From: an uncultured Chloroflexia bacterium
Lineage (GTDB): Bacteria; Chloroflexota; Limnocylindria; Limnocylindrales; CSP1-4
NCBI GenBank assembly: GCA_963833225.1
Contig: CAWHXD010000008.1
Span: 768,001 to 832,000, forward strand
Reading direction: 5' to 3'
DNA length: 64,000 bases
Notes under the pieces: generated by a model
What the model was told of the DNA's origin: nothing
What the model saw: only the letters and a program-made list of their open reading frames with translations
Database searches by the model: none
Made by a program: the position numbers and the translations under genes
Part shown: one piece after another, positions 50,918 to 61,363 of the stretch
How the letters are laid out: every line of letters starts with the position of its first letter
Position numbering within the stretch: position 1 is the first letter of the stretch

Positions 50918-51871
50918 ATGCACACGATCCCCTTCACCCGGTCGGCGGCGTGGGTCACGATCGGCGAAGGCCTGTCCCTCGGCGCCCGCTACTGGGCCGC
51001 GACGTGGGAGCGCTGGGTGCTGGCGGTCGTGGCCGTGGCGCTCACGGACGGTCTCGCGACCTGGCTGCTCGGATCCACGCTGCTCGACCAGGCGACGATG
51101 ACCCAGCTGATGCTGCCGGGCGCGAACGCCATCGACCCGTCGGCGCTGCCGCGCCTGCTGGCCGGGCCGCTCGCCGTGGGCGTGGTGTCCCTGGTCGCCG
51201 GCTGGTTCCTGTACGCCAACGCCGTCGCAGGCCTGCGCGGGCGCGAGGTGACGCTGGGCTGGGTCCTGGGCGCGGGCCTGCGCACGCTGCTGATGCTGGC
51301 GGGCGTGGCGTTCGTGCTGACCGGATTCTTCGCTGTCCTCGCGTTGCTCGGTCCGCTTGGCCTGCTCGCCATGGCCGGCGCCCTCCCGATGCTCGTCTAC
51401 CTCGCCCTCCGGCTCCAGTTCTGGGTCGTGGGCGTGTTCGACGGATTGGGCGTGACGGCGGCCGCGCGGTCCAGCCTGGAGATCACGCGGCGGGCCGTGC
51501 TGCGGGTGGCCGGATGGTGGCTGGCGCTGGTCGGCCTGTCGCTGCTGATCGGGGCCTTCTCGGCAGCGACGTCGATCCTGTTCACGGCCCTGCCGGTCGT
51601 CCCGGCCGTGGTCGGCTCGCTGCTGTCCACCTCGTTCCAGGCGTTCTCGGTGATCGTGGTCGCGATCCTGTACGAGAGCCAGCGCCTGCGCTGGATGGGC
51701 CTCGCCGCCGCGCCCTACGGATCGCAACCGCCGCGAGCCCAACCCCCTGCCGGCTGGGGACAGCCGACGTCACCGCCGCCGTCGGACCCTGACGGGCCAC
51801 CCGGCGCCGATGGACCGCCTCCGCCTCCCCCGCCGCCGCCCGGCTCCGGCATCGATCCCGACTCCCGATGA
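50918..51871 (+). CDS. Polytopic membrane protein with Pro-rich tail
   Basis: About 6 TM segments; LYESQR; poly-Pro C-terminus. Confidence 0.75.
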   Translation: MHTIPFTRSAAWVTIGEGLSLGARYWAATWERWVLAVVAVALTDGLATWLLGSTLLDQATMTQLMLPGANAIDPSALPRLLAGPLAVGVVSLVAGWFLYANAVAGLRGREVTLGWVLGAGLRTLLMLAGVAFVLTGFFAVLALLGPLGLLAMAGALPMLVYLALRLQFWVVGVFDGLGVTAAARSSLEITRRAVLRVAGWWLALVGLSLLIGAFSAATSILFTALPVVPAVVGSLLSTSFQAFSVIVVAILYESQRLRWMGLAAAPYGSQPPRAQPPAGWGQPTSPPPSDPDGPPGADGPPPPPPPPPGSGIDPDSR

Positions 51872-52602
51872 CCCCGGCTCGCCCTCGGCCGGATGACTCC
51901 GTTGACCCCGGGAGGCCGCGCTACCGCTGGCTGCTGTTCGATGCGGACGACACGCTGTTCGACTACGGCGCAGCGGAGGCCGCCGCGCTCCGCGAGGCCT
52001 TCGAGCTCCATGGGATCCCGTACGGCGCGGAGCATCTCGCGCGCTACCAGCGGATCAACCTCCAGGCCTGGCGCGAGCTGGAGGAGGGCCGGATCACGCA
52101 GGCCGTGCTGCGGACGCGACGCTTCGAGCACCTGTTCGCCACCCTCGGCGTGACGGCCGACGCCCCGGCCTTCGCCGAGACCTACGTGGACCGCATGGCC
52201 GCGCAGGCCCAGCTGGTCGATGGAGCCCTCGAGGTCGTCCGGGCCCTCGCGGCAACCCACCGGCTGGCCATCATCACCAACGGCCTGGCCGACGTGCAGC
52301 GCCGACGGCTCGCCGCGTCCCCCGTCCGGGCGCACGTGGCGGAGCTCGTGATCTCCGATGAGGTCGGCGCGGCCAAGCCGCATCGCGCCATCTTCGACGC
52401 CGCGTTCGCCCGCATCGGGATGCCGTCGACGTCCGAGGTGCTGATGATCGGCGACAGCCTGAGCTCGGACATCGCGGGCGGGACCAGCTACGGGCTGGAT
52501 ACCTGCTGGTACAACCCGCTCGGGCTGCCGGGTCGCGCGGACCTGGTTCCCACCTACGAGGTGCGGCACCTCCTGGAGCTGCCGCTGCTGCTCGCGGGCT
52601 GA
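51868..52602 (+). CDS. yjjG: YjjG-family noncanonical pyrimidine nucleotidase (HAD)
   Basis: FDADDTLFD, ITNG, AKP, MIGDSLSSDI. Confidence 0.85.
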   Translation: MTPARPRPDDSVDPGRPRYRWLLFDADDTLFDYGAAEAAALREAFELHGIPYGAEHLARYQRINLQAWRELEEGRITQAVLRTRRFEHLFATLGVTADAPAFAETYVDRMAAQAQLVDGALEVVRALAATHRLAIITNGLADVQRRRLAASPVRAHVAELVISDEVGAAKPHRAIFDAAFARIGMPSTSEVLMIGDSLSSDIAGGTSYGLDTCWYNPLGLPGRADLVPTYEVRHLLELPLLLAG

Positions 52603-52716
52603 GGCCCCGGCCCGCGCCGCTGCGGGCGGCCCGGCTGAGCGGGACCTTCGGACCTATGCGGACGGAACGGCCCCGATAGGCTTCGCGCTACCGAGGCCAG
52701 CTCGAAGGGGGGTCGC

Positions 52717-53709
52717 ATGGATCGATACGCGTTCACGTCGGATCCGGCATGGGTCACCGTGGGACGAGGGCTGTCGATGGGGTTTCGCCATTGGAGGGCC
52801 ACGGCCCGGGTCTGGATCCTGCCCGTCCTCGCGGTCTGGCTGGTGGCGACGCTCGGATACTCGGTGCTGTTCTCGACCTTGGAGACCAGGCTCCCCTCGC
52901 CGGCGTACGACTACACGACGTACACCCTCGACTGGGGCGGCTGGCTCGCTGCGGCCCTCCCGGTGATCCTCCCGGCATTCCTGCTTGAAGTCGGCGCCCT
53001 CAGCGCGATCAGCATGCTCGCCCAGTGGGTGTACCTCGCGCTGGCGATCGGCGGCCTCCGTGGCCGGGAGCTTTCGCCGGGCTGGGTGGTGGACCGCGGC
53101 CTGCGGACGATCGCCGGCGGCCTCCTCGTGACCCTGGTCCTGGTGATCGTGACCGGGGTGCTGCTGCTGTCGCTCGCCGGGGGACCCGGCCTCACGCTCG
53201 TCCTCGGGCTCGCCCTGGCCGTCCCCTACTTCTGGATCGCGATCCGGATCGTGTTCTGGCCGTTGGCCGTGTTCGACGGCGCCGGCATCGTCGAGGCGTT
53301 CCGGACAAGCTGGATGCTGTCGCGCGGCGCCGTCGAACGGATGGTTGGCTGGGCGCTTGCCACCATCGCCGTCTTGATGCTCGTGCGCATCGCGCTGGGC
53401 ATCGTCCTGATCCCCCTCGGGGACGAGAGCGTGATCCGCTCGGGCATCGAGGCCGCGGTCAGCGAGGCGTTCGCGGTGTTCAACCTGTTCGTGCTCGCGG
53501 TCCTGTACGAGAGCCAGCGGCGCCTCGCTGCCCCGGATCGCGGGCCGCGGCCCACGCCGATGGTCCCGGACTGGCCACAACCGACCGTGGCACCGCCGTC
53601 GCCATGGGCCGCGTCACCCGACGGCACCCAAGCGGTCGGCACGCCGCCCGCGGCGCCCGGCACCGAGCCGCCGCCGCCGGCCGATCCATGGCACCCGTGG
53701 CGCGGGTAG
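52717..53709 (+). CDS. Polytopic membrane protein, paralog of 50918-51871
   Basis: AWVTVGRGLSMG, GLRGRE, VFDG, LYESQR, Pro-rich tail. Confidence 0.75.
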   Translation: MDRYAFTSDPAWVTVGRGLSMGFRHWRATARVWILPVLAVWLVATLGYSVLFSTLETRLPSPAYDYTTYTLDWGGWLAAALPVILPAFLLEVGALSAISMLAQWVYLALAIGGLRGRELSPGWVVDRGLRTIAGGLLVTLVLVIVTGVLLLSLAGGPGLTLVLGLALAVPYFWIAIRIVFWPLAVFDGAGIVEAFRTSWMLSRGAVERMVGWALATIAVLMLVRIALGIVLIPLGDESVIRSGIEAAVSEAFAVFNLFVLAVLYESQRRLAAPDRGPRPTPMVPDWPQPTVAPPSPWAASPDGTQAVGTPPAAPGTEPPPPADPWHPWRG

Positions 53710-53746
53710 CGGTCCGTCTTCGCGCCGTCTCCCGCAAGGACCAGGG

Positions 53747-54596
53747 TCAGCGGCGGGTCGCCGCCCGCAGGCTCGCGACCAGGGCGCCCAGCGCCGCCAG
53801 GTCCCGGCCGTCGGCGCCCGAGCGCGTCGACCAGCGCGGAGGCCACGATGACCCCGTCGGCGCCCGCTCTCGCGATCGCCCGGACGTGGGCCGGCTTCGA
53901 GACCCCGAACCCGACGGCGACCGGCACCGGTGACGCGGCCTTGACCTCGCGGACGAGCTTCGCCACGGTGGTCGGCAGCGCGGTCCTTGCCCCGGTGACG
54001 CCGACGAGCGATACGCAGTAGAGGAACCCGCCGCTGCGGGCGGCGACCGCGGCCCGCCGGTCGGGCGCTGTCGTCGGAGCGACGAGGTACACGACGGCGA
54101 TCCCGGCCTCGGCGGCGACGGCCTCGAACGGCGCGCCCTCGTCGGGCGTGAGGTCGGCGACGATGACCCCGGCGACCCCGGCCGCCGCGAGCGTCCGAGC
54201 GCGGTCGCGCCCGTCGCCGCCGCCGATCAGCTGGTTGGCGTACCCCATCGCGACCACCGGCACCCGCGGCCGTGCGGCGGCGATCCGTCCGACCAGGGCG
54301 AGCGACCGGTCGAAGGTGGCCCCGGCCGCGAGCGCCCCCTGCGATGCCCGCTGGAGCGTCGCGCCGTCCGCGAGCGGATCCGAGTACGGCAGTCCGACCT
54401 CGAGCAGGTCCGCACCGGCGTCGATCGCGGCGCAGGCAGCCGAGAACGAGGTGTCGGCATCGGGATAGCCGGCGACGACGTACGGGATCAGTGCCGCCCG
54501 GCCCTGTGCCCCCGCCTGCTCGAACGCCGCCGCGATCCGCCGGGCGCCCGCGGTGTCGTTGGTGTGCGGGACCGCGGTGGCGGCCGGTCCGCTCAT
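53747..54596 (-). CDS. trpA: Tryptophan synthase alpha; indel near the C-terminus
   Basis: [34 protein letters not shown]. Confidence 0.93.
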
Positions 54597-57492
54597 CGCA
54601 CCCCCTCCCAGGCGTCCACGTCGGCGAACTGCTCGAGCGCGGCCATGTCCTTGTCGCCGCGACCCGAGAACCCGAGCAGGATCACGGAATCGTCGGGATA
54701 CGGCGATCGCCGGAACCTTCGAGCCCGGCGAGGAGCTTGGGCAGCGCCGCCACCGCATGCGAGGTCTCGAGCGCCGGCAGGATGCCCTCGGTCCGGGTCA
54801 CGGCGCGCATCGCCGCGATGGCCTCGCGGTCGGTCGCGGTCGCCACCTCCATCCGGCCGGCCTCGGCGAGCGCCGCGAGCTGCGGCCCGACGCCCGGGTA
54901 GTCGAGGCCGGCGGAGGCGCTGTGCGCCTCGATCACCTGGCCGTCGCGGTCCTGGAGCATCAGCGACCGGGAGCCGTGGAGGATCCCGGGCGTCCCGCCG
55001 GCGATCGCGGCGGCGTGGCGGCCCGGTCGCGATCCCGTCGCCGGCGGCCTCCGCGACCGCGAGGCGGACCGAGGGCTCGCCGATGAACCGCGCCAGCAGG
55101 CCGATGGCGTTCGACCCGCCGCCCACGCAGGCGAGCGCGAGGTCCGGCAGCCGGCCCTCGATCGCCCACAGCTGGGCCGCGGCCTCGTCGCCGATGCGCC
55201 GCTGGAGGTCGCGGACGATCGTCGGATACGGGTGTGGGCCCATCGCGGAGCCCAGCACGTAGTGGGTGGTCTCGACGTTGGTCACCCAGTCGCGCATCGC
55301 CTCGTTGACCGCGTCCTTGAGCGTCGCGGTGCCCGAGGTGACCGACCGGACCTCGGCGCCGAGGGCCCGCATCCGGAGCACGTTCGGGCGCCTGGCGGCG
55401 GATGTCCTCCTCGCCCATGAACACCACGCAGGGCAGCCCGAGCAGGGCGCAGGCGGTGGCGGTGGCGACGCCGTGCTGGCCGGCGCCGGTCTCCGCGATC
55501 ACGCGGGTCTTGCCCAGCCGCCGGGTGAGCAGCGCCTGGCCCAGGGCGTTGTTGATCTTGTGGGCGCCGGTGTGCGCGAGGTCCTCGCGCTTGAGGTAGA
55601 GGCGGAAGCTGGGGATCTCGCGTGGTCCGGCGACCCGCGGCGGCGGCCTGGCGGCGGGCCTCGGCGGTCACGGCCTCCGCGAGCCGGTCCGCCCGGTAGA
55701 GCGCCGTGGGCCGGCCGGCGAACCGCGCCAGCAGCTCGTCGAGCTCCGCCCAGAACCGGGGGTCGTGGCGGATCGCGTCGTAGGCGGCCTCGAGCTGCTC
55801 CAGGGCCGCCCACCAGCGTCTCGGGCACGTACCGCCCGCCGAAGTCGCGCTCCATTCCCCATCGCCCGGCGGCGTCCGCCTCGAGCAGCCCCGGGTGGAC
55901 GGGCGTCGGGCTCGAAGGGCACGTTGGGCCGATGTCGACGGGCGTCGCGGGCGCGCTTGACGAACAGGGCGACCCGCAGCGGCGTCCTTGCGGGGACGCT
56001 CCCCGGCGGCGCGTGGTCCCTCGGTCCCGGACGCGGCGTCGACGCCCGACGGCGGGAACGGCCAGCATCGCGTCGCCGACGTTCGCCGGGTCCAGGCCTC
56101 CGGCGAGCGTGATCGGGATCTCGCGGGCGACGGCGGCGGCGAGCGTCGGCGTCGACCCGCATCCCGGTCCCACCCGGGTGCGGACCTCCCGCCGCGTCGA
56201 GCAGGATCCCGCCCGCGCCGGCGTCGAGGTACGCGTGGGCCGCGGCGATCACGTCGTCGGCGCCGGGCGCCGGCGGCCACGCGGAGCGCCTTCCAGACCG
56301 GACGGCCGACGGCGGCGATCGCGCTCGGAGGCTCGTCCCCGTTGAGCTGGACCTCGTCCGGGTCCACGGCCGCGACGACGCGGGCCAGGACCTCGGCGGG
56401 CAGGTCCGCGGTGACCACGACGATCTTCGGGCGCGGCGCCCTCCGCGGAGGCGGCGGAACGCGCGAGGCGGGCGAGCGCGCACGCCCTCGTCGATCGAGA
56501 GCTCGCGGGGCGTGCCCGGGCGCGAAGTTGAGCCCGATGGCGTCCGCCCCGGCGCGAGTCGCCGCCAGGATCCCGGCCGCGTCGGTGACGCCGCAGATCT
56601 TGACCCCCGGCATCCGCGCGTCACCGCGCGAGGTCCACCGGGTGCGCGGCCGGCGCGCGGCGAAGGCCCGCGCCGCGGCGGCGGGATCGGCCGAGCGCAT
56701 GAGCGCCTCGCCGACGAGGGCGGCATCGTAGCCGGTCGCCCGCCAGCGGGCGATCGTGGCGGGATCGCGCACGCCGGACTCGGCGATGGCAAGCCGGTCG
56801 CCGGGAACCAGCTCCCGGAGCCGGACGGCGCGCTCCGGGTCCACGTCGAGCGTCCGCAGGTTGCGGTTGTTGATCCCGATCAGCCGCGCGCCGGTCGCGA
56901 GCGCGCGTCTCGATCTCACGCTCGTCGTGCGCCTCGACCAGCGGCTCCAGGCCGAGGTCCCGGGCCGCGGCCACGAGTCGCGCCAGCCGCTTCGCGGGGT
57001 GCAGCACCGCGAGCAGCAGCACGAGGTCGGCCCCGGCAGCCCGGAGGAGGTCGAGCTGCCGGGGATCGACGACGAACTCCTTGGCGAGCACCGGCACGGA
57101 CACGGCCGCGCGGACGGCGCGGAGGTCGTCGAACGGACCCGCCGAACCAGTGGGGCTCGCACAGGACGGAGATGGCGGCGGCCCCGCCGGCCTGCGTAGG
57201 CGCGGGCGCGCGCGACGGCGTCGTCGGCGGCGGCGATGGCCCCGGCGGACGGTGACGCGCGTTTGACCTCGGCGATGAGATGGAGGCCGGGGCCGCGAGC
57301 GCCGGGGCGATGGGCCGGGGGCGCGGGCGCGGCGGCGACGCCCCGGCGCAGCCCGTCGCGGCCGAGGGCGTCCAGCTCGGGGACGACGTCGGCCAGGCGG
57401 CGGGCGGCGATCTCGGCCACCACGCCGGCGGCGCGGGCGCGGGCACGCCGAGGCCGCGCCGGGCGGGGACGCGATCGATCGACCGCGGTCAC
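54593..57492 (-). CDS. trpCFB: TrpC-TrpF-TrpB, apparently fused; many indels
   Basis: [21 protein letters not shown] (TrpC); VKICG, LAGGL (TrpF); [37 protein letters not shown] (TrpB). Confidence 0.75.
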
Positions 57493-58541
57493 GAGGCACC
57501 CTCCGCGATCCTCGGCCGCATCCGCGGCCTTGCGCTCCTCGCGGAGCCGGCCCAGCAGCTCCTCGGCCAAGCCGGCATCGATCGCCAGCGACGCTCGGTC
57601 GATCCCCTCCTCCAGCGTGTCCGACGCGCCCCGCGACCAGCAGCGCCGCGCCGGCGTTGAGCAGCACCACGTCCCGGCGCGCGCCGGGCTCGCCGCGGAG
57701 CACGTCCTCGACCATCCTCGCGTTGACGTCCGCGGTGCCGCCGGCCAGCTTCGCGGTCGCGCGCGCGCCGAAAGCCGAGCTCCGTCGCCCGGACCTCGCG
57801 GCGGCTGATGCCGTCGGGCCCCACGTCGTAGAGCACGCCGGAGTCGTCGAGCGGCAGCTCGTCCACGCCGTCGCCGTGGATCACGAACGTCCGCTCCGTG
57901 CCCAGGCGCGCGGCGACCTCCGCGATCCGCGGGGCCGCCTCCGCCACGCCCACGCCGATCAGCGCGCGCGTCGCGCCCGCCGGGTTGGTGAGCGGTCCCA
58001 GCAGGTTGAACGCCGTCCGAACGCCGATCTCGCGGCGGGTGGGCCCGGCGTGGCGCATGGCCGGGTGGAAGGCCGGCGCGAACAGGAACGCGAAGCCCAG
58101 CTCCCGGATCGCACGCGCCCGCGGACGCCGCGTCGTGGTCGATCCGGACACCCAGGGCGTCGAGCACGTCGGCCGACCCGGACTTGGAGGTGATCGCCCG
58201 GTTGCCGTGCTTGGCGACCGGCACGCCCAGCGACGCCACGACGAGCGCCGCGGTGGTCGAGATGTTGAACGTGCCGGAGCCGTCGCCGCCGGTCCCCACC
58301 ACGTCGATCGTGCCCTCGGGCGCCTCCACGCGCAGCACGCGCTCGCGCATCGCGGACGCGAAGCCCGGCCAGCTCATCGACGGTCTCGCCGCGCATGCGC
58401 AGGCCCATCAGCAGCGCGGCCAGCTGGGAGGGCGTCGCCTCGCCGTCCATCACCGCGCCCATCGCCAGGCGCGCGTCGTCGAGCGAGAGCGACCGGCCAT
58501 CGACGATCGCCGCGACCGCGGCCCGGACGAGCGTCGCTCAT
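57489..58541 (-). CDS. trpD: Anthranilate phosphoribosyltransferase, with indels
   Basis: GTGGDG..TFNIST, KHGNR, GSADVL, FHPAM, GPLTNP. Confidence 0.92.
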
Positions 58542-59277
58542 CGGGCGACCGGCCGCCGGCGTCCGTCGGTCCCACCCGGCGCTCCGGGCGTCGGGCGCTC
58601 GCTGGCCGCGGCGTCCTCGCCCATCGCCATCCCGCGCGTCGCGAACGAGCCGCTCGCCGCATCGAGCGGGCCGGCCTCGCCCTCCCCGGCGAGGCGGAGG
58701 AAGTTGGCCAGCAGGTGCGGGCCATCGGGCGTGAGCACGGATTCGGGGTGGAACTGGACGCCCTCGATGGGCAGCGTCCGGTGGCGCAGGCCCATCACGA
58801 CGCCGTCCTCGGGGCTGGTCGCGGTCACGTAGAGGTCCTCCGGGAAGCGTCGCGGGATCGACGCACAGGGAGTGGTAGCGGGCGGCCGGGAACGCCCTGG
58901 GCATGCCCGCCAGCAGCCCGGTGCCGTCGTGGTGGACCTCGCTGCCTCGCCGTGGACGAGGGTGGGGGCCCGCACGATCGACGCGCCGAACGCGGCGCCC
59001 ATCGACTGCATGCCGAGGCAGACGCCCAGCAGCGGGATCCCGCGGGCTCGGCCGCGATCTCGACGGTGGCGACGCGACACCCCGGCGGAGTCCGGGTCGC
59101 CGGGCCCGGGCGAGATGACGATCCCGCGCAGGTCCTGCGCCGGGTCGTCGGCCATCGCCTCGACCTCGGCGCGGGTCACCTGGTCGTTGCGGATGACGCG
59201 CACGTCCGCCCCGCGGCCTGGAGGGCCTGGACGAGGTTGAACGTGAAGCTGTCGTAGTTGTCGATGACCAGGATCAT
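58538..59277 (-). CDS. trpG: Anthranilate synthase component II, with indels
   Basis: IDNYDSFT, SPGPG, GVCLG, RYHSL, QFHPES. Confidence 0.92.
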
Positions 59278-60916
59278 CGGGCGGCGCCCTCCCGGCCGGG
59301 CGACGGCCGTCGTCCGTCGTCGGCCGCCATGGAGACGCCGCCATCGGGGCGGGCTGCCGCGGGCGCGGCCGCGAGCTCGATGGCCCGGCGCAGGGCCGCC
59401 GCCTTGTGCTCGGTCTCCTCGAACTCGCGCTCGGGGACGCTGCTGGCCACGATGCCGGCGCCGGTGTGGACGTGCGCCTGGCCGTCCTTGAGCACCGCGC
59501 TCCGGATGGTGATCGCGGTGTCCAGGTTGCCGTCGTAGCCGAGATAGCCCACGGCGCCACCATACAGGCCGCGGCGCTCGCCCTCGGCGGCCGCGATGCA
59601 GCTGCATCGCGCGGATCTTGGGCGCGCCGGATAGGGTCCCGGCGGGGAAGACGATGCGCAGCGCGTCGAGCGCGTCCAGCTCCGGGCGCAGCCTCGCCTC
59701 CACGTGGCTCACGAGGTGGAGGACGTGGCTGTAGCGCTCGACCTCCATGTACTGGCTGGTGCTCACGGTGCCCGGCCGGGCCACGCGGCCGAGGTCGTTG
59801 CGGCCGAGGTCCACCAGCATCACGTGCTCGGCACGCTCCTTGGGGTCGCCGCGGAGCTCGTCGGCCAGGCGGTCGTCCTCGGCCGGCGTCGCGCCGCGCG
59901 GCCGGGTGCCCGCGATGGGGTGGGTGGTCATCTGGTCGCCGACGACCTGGACCAGGAGCTCCGGGCTGGCGCCCACGACCTCGAACCCGGGCGTGCGGGT
60001 GAAGAAGAGGTACGGGCTGGGGTTGACGCGGCGGAGCGCCCGGTAGAGGCCGATTCCGTCGAGCGGCGTCCCGTCGGCGACGGCCGGCAGGTCAAACGAC
60101 TGGCGACGCGCCAGGACGACCTGGATGGCCTCGCCGGCGGCGATCGCGTCCTTGGCCCGCTCCACGGCGCCGATGTACTGGTCGCGCCCGAGGCTGGTCT
60201 CCACCTGGCCCAGGCTGGTCACGGCGGCCGCCTCGTGGCCGGGTCGGGTGAAGCTCGCCGTCGATCTCGGCGGCAGAAGGACGTGCCGTGCGCTCCAGGG
60301 CCTCGAAGATCGCGCGCTCCGCGATCCGGTAACGACCCTCGAGATCCGGCGCGTCCGTGTGCAGCGACGCGATCGCCGAGAGCTGGTGGCTCAGGTGGTC
60401 GAAGACGATGACGAGGTCGGTCTCGATGAAGCTCGCCAGCGGGACGCCCACCGGGTCCTTCTCGGGGAGCGGGACGGACGGCTCGAAGGCCGAGATCGCG
60501 TCGTAGGAGAGTGCGCCGACCGCGCCCCCGGTGAAGCGCGGCATCCCGTCCACGGGCACGACACGCCGCCTGGGGACGAAGGCGCGGAGGGCGGCGAGCG
60601 GGTCGGCGCTCTCGGTCGTGGTCACGGGGAGGTCCGGGCGCGTAGTCCACGACCCCTACCGGGCGAGCCGTCATGCGCGCGACCCCACCGCGACCTCGAG
60701 GAGCCGCCGCGGGCCGATGCCCAGGAAGCTGTAGCGGCCGAGGCGTTCCCCGCCCTCGACCGACTCGAGCAGGTAGGCGGGCGTGACGCCGTCATCGAGG
60801 CGCAGGAAGGCGCCGATCGGCGTCTCGAGGTCGGCCGTGCGCGTGGCGCGCAGCAGGATCGTGTCGGCGGTGGAGGCGAGGCGCTTGGCCTCGGTCAGGC
60901 TGAGCGGGTCGGTCAT
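59274..60916 (-). CDS. trpE: Anthranilate synthase component I, with indels
   Basis: LLES, GRYSF, NPSPY, ASPE, AEHVMLVDLGRND, GTLSGAPK. Confidence 0.92.
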
Positions 60917-60937
60917 GGTGGCAGGTCCTTGAGAATC

Positions 60938-61265
60938 GGAAACGACCAGATCGTCTCTTCCGGGACGAAAGGTCGTTGCTCCTTCCGCGGTGCCACCCAC
61001 GTTCGGCGGTGTGCCGCACTCTGACCGACGGACCGCATCCCGGCGGGTTGCCCGGCTGAGTCGATCGGCGCTGCCCTCTATCGCTGGCGCTCTGCGCCGG
61101 AGCCTACTGGTCGTCCGCGTCGCCGTGAGTGTGCTCATCGGCCGCCGCCCCGCGTTCGGTCCGGGGGCTCCCGGGTCCATTCGCCGCCGCCGCCATCCCG
61201 GCTCGCACCAGCCGCCGGGTCTCTGTCATGGCGCCTGACGGGTACTCGTCCCGATCAGGCCCTGT
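60938..61265 (-). ncRNA. T-box riboswitch with Trp (UGG) specifier
   Basis: Stem I AGTA / CAGAGA / GCTGGTG motifs; GAA-TGG-A specifier at 61179-61177; T-box AACGTGGGTGGCACCGCGG (61003-60985); terminator 60977-60941. Confidence 0.92.
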
Positions 61266-61281
61266 GTTCAGTTGTGGCGGG

Positions 61282-61311
61282 AGTCTAGGGGTGGCCGCTC
61301 GCGGGCGTCAA
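61282..61311 (-). promoter_or_regulatory. sigma70 promoter of the trp operon
   Basis: TTGACG, 18 nt spacer, TAGACT. Confidence 0.65.
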
Positions 61312-61363
61312 GCGCGCCTCGCCCGGGAGCTGCGCTCCGCCCGCTGGGCGCGGATCGCCGCCG

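Noticed and set aside
36288-60916. Many frameshifts in aroA, aroC, cydBCD and trpA-E (also pfkA, the nucleoside hydrolase and others) suggesting pseudogenes or programmed frameshifting
   Set aside because: Indels are scattered through GC-rich runs of many unrelated genes whose motifs and regulatory elements are intact. This pattern fits long-read consensus error.
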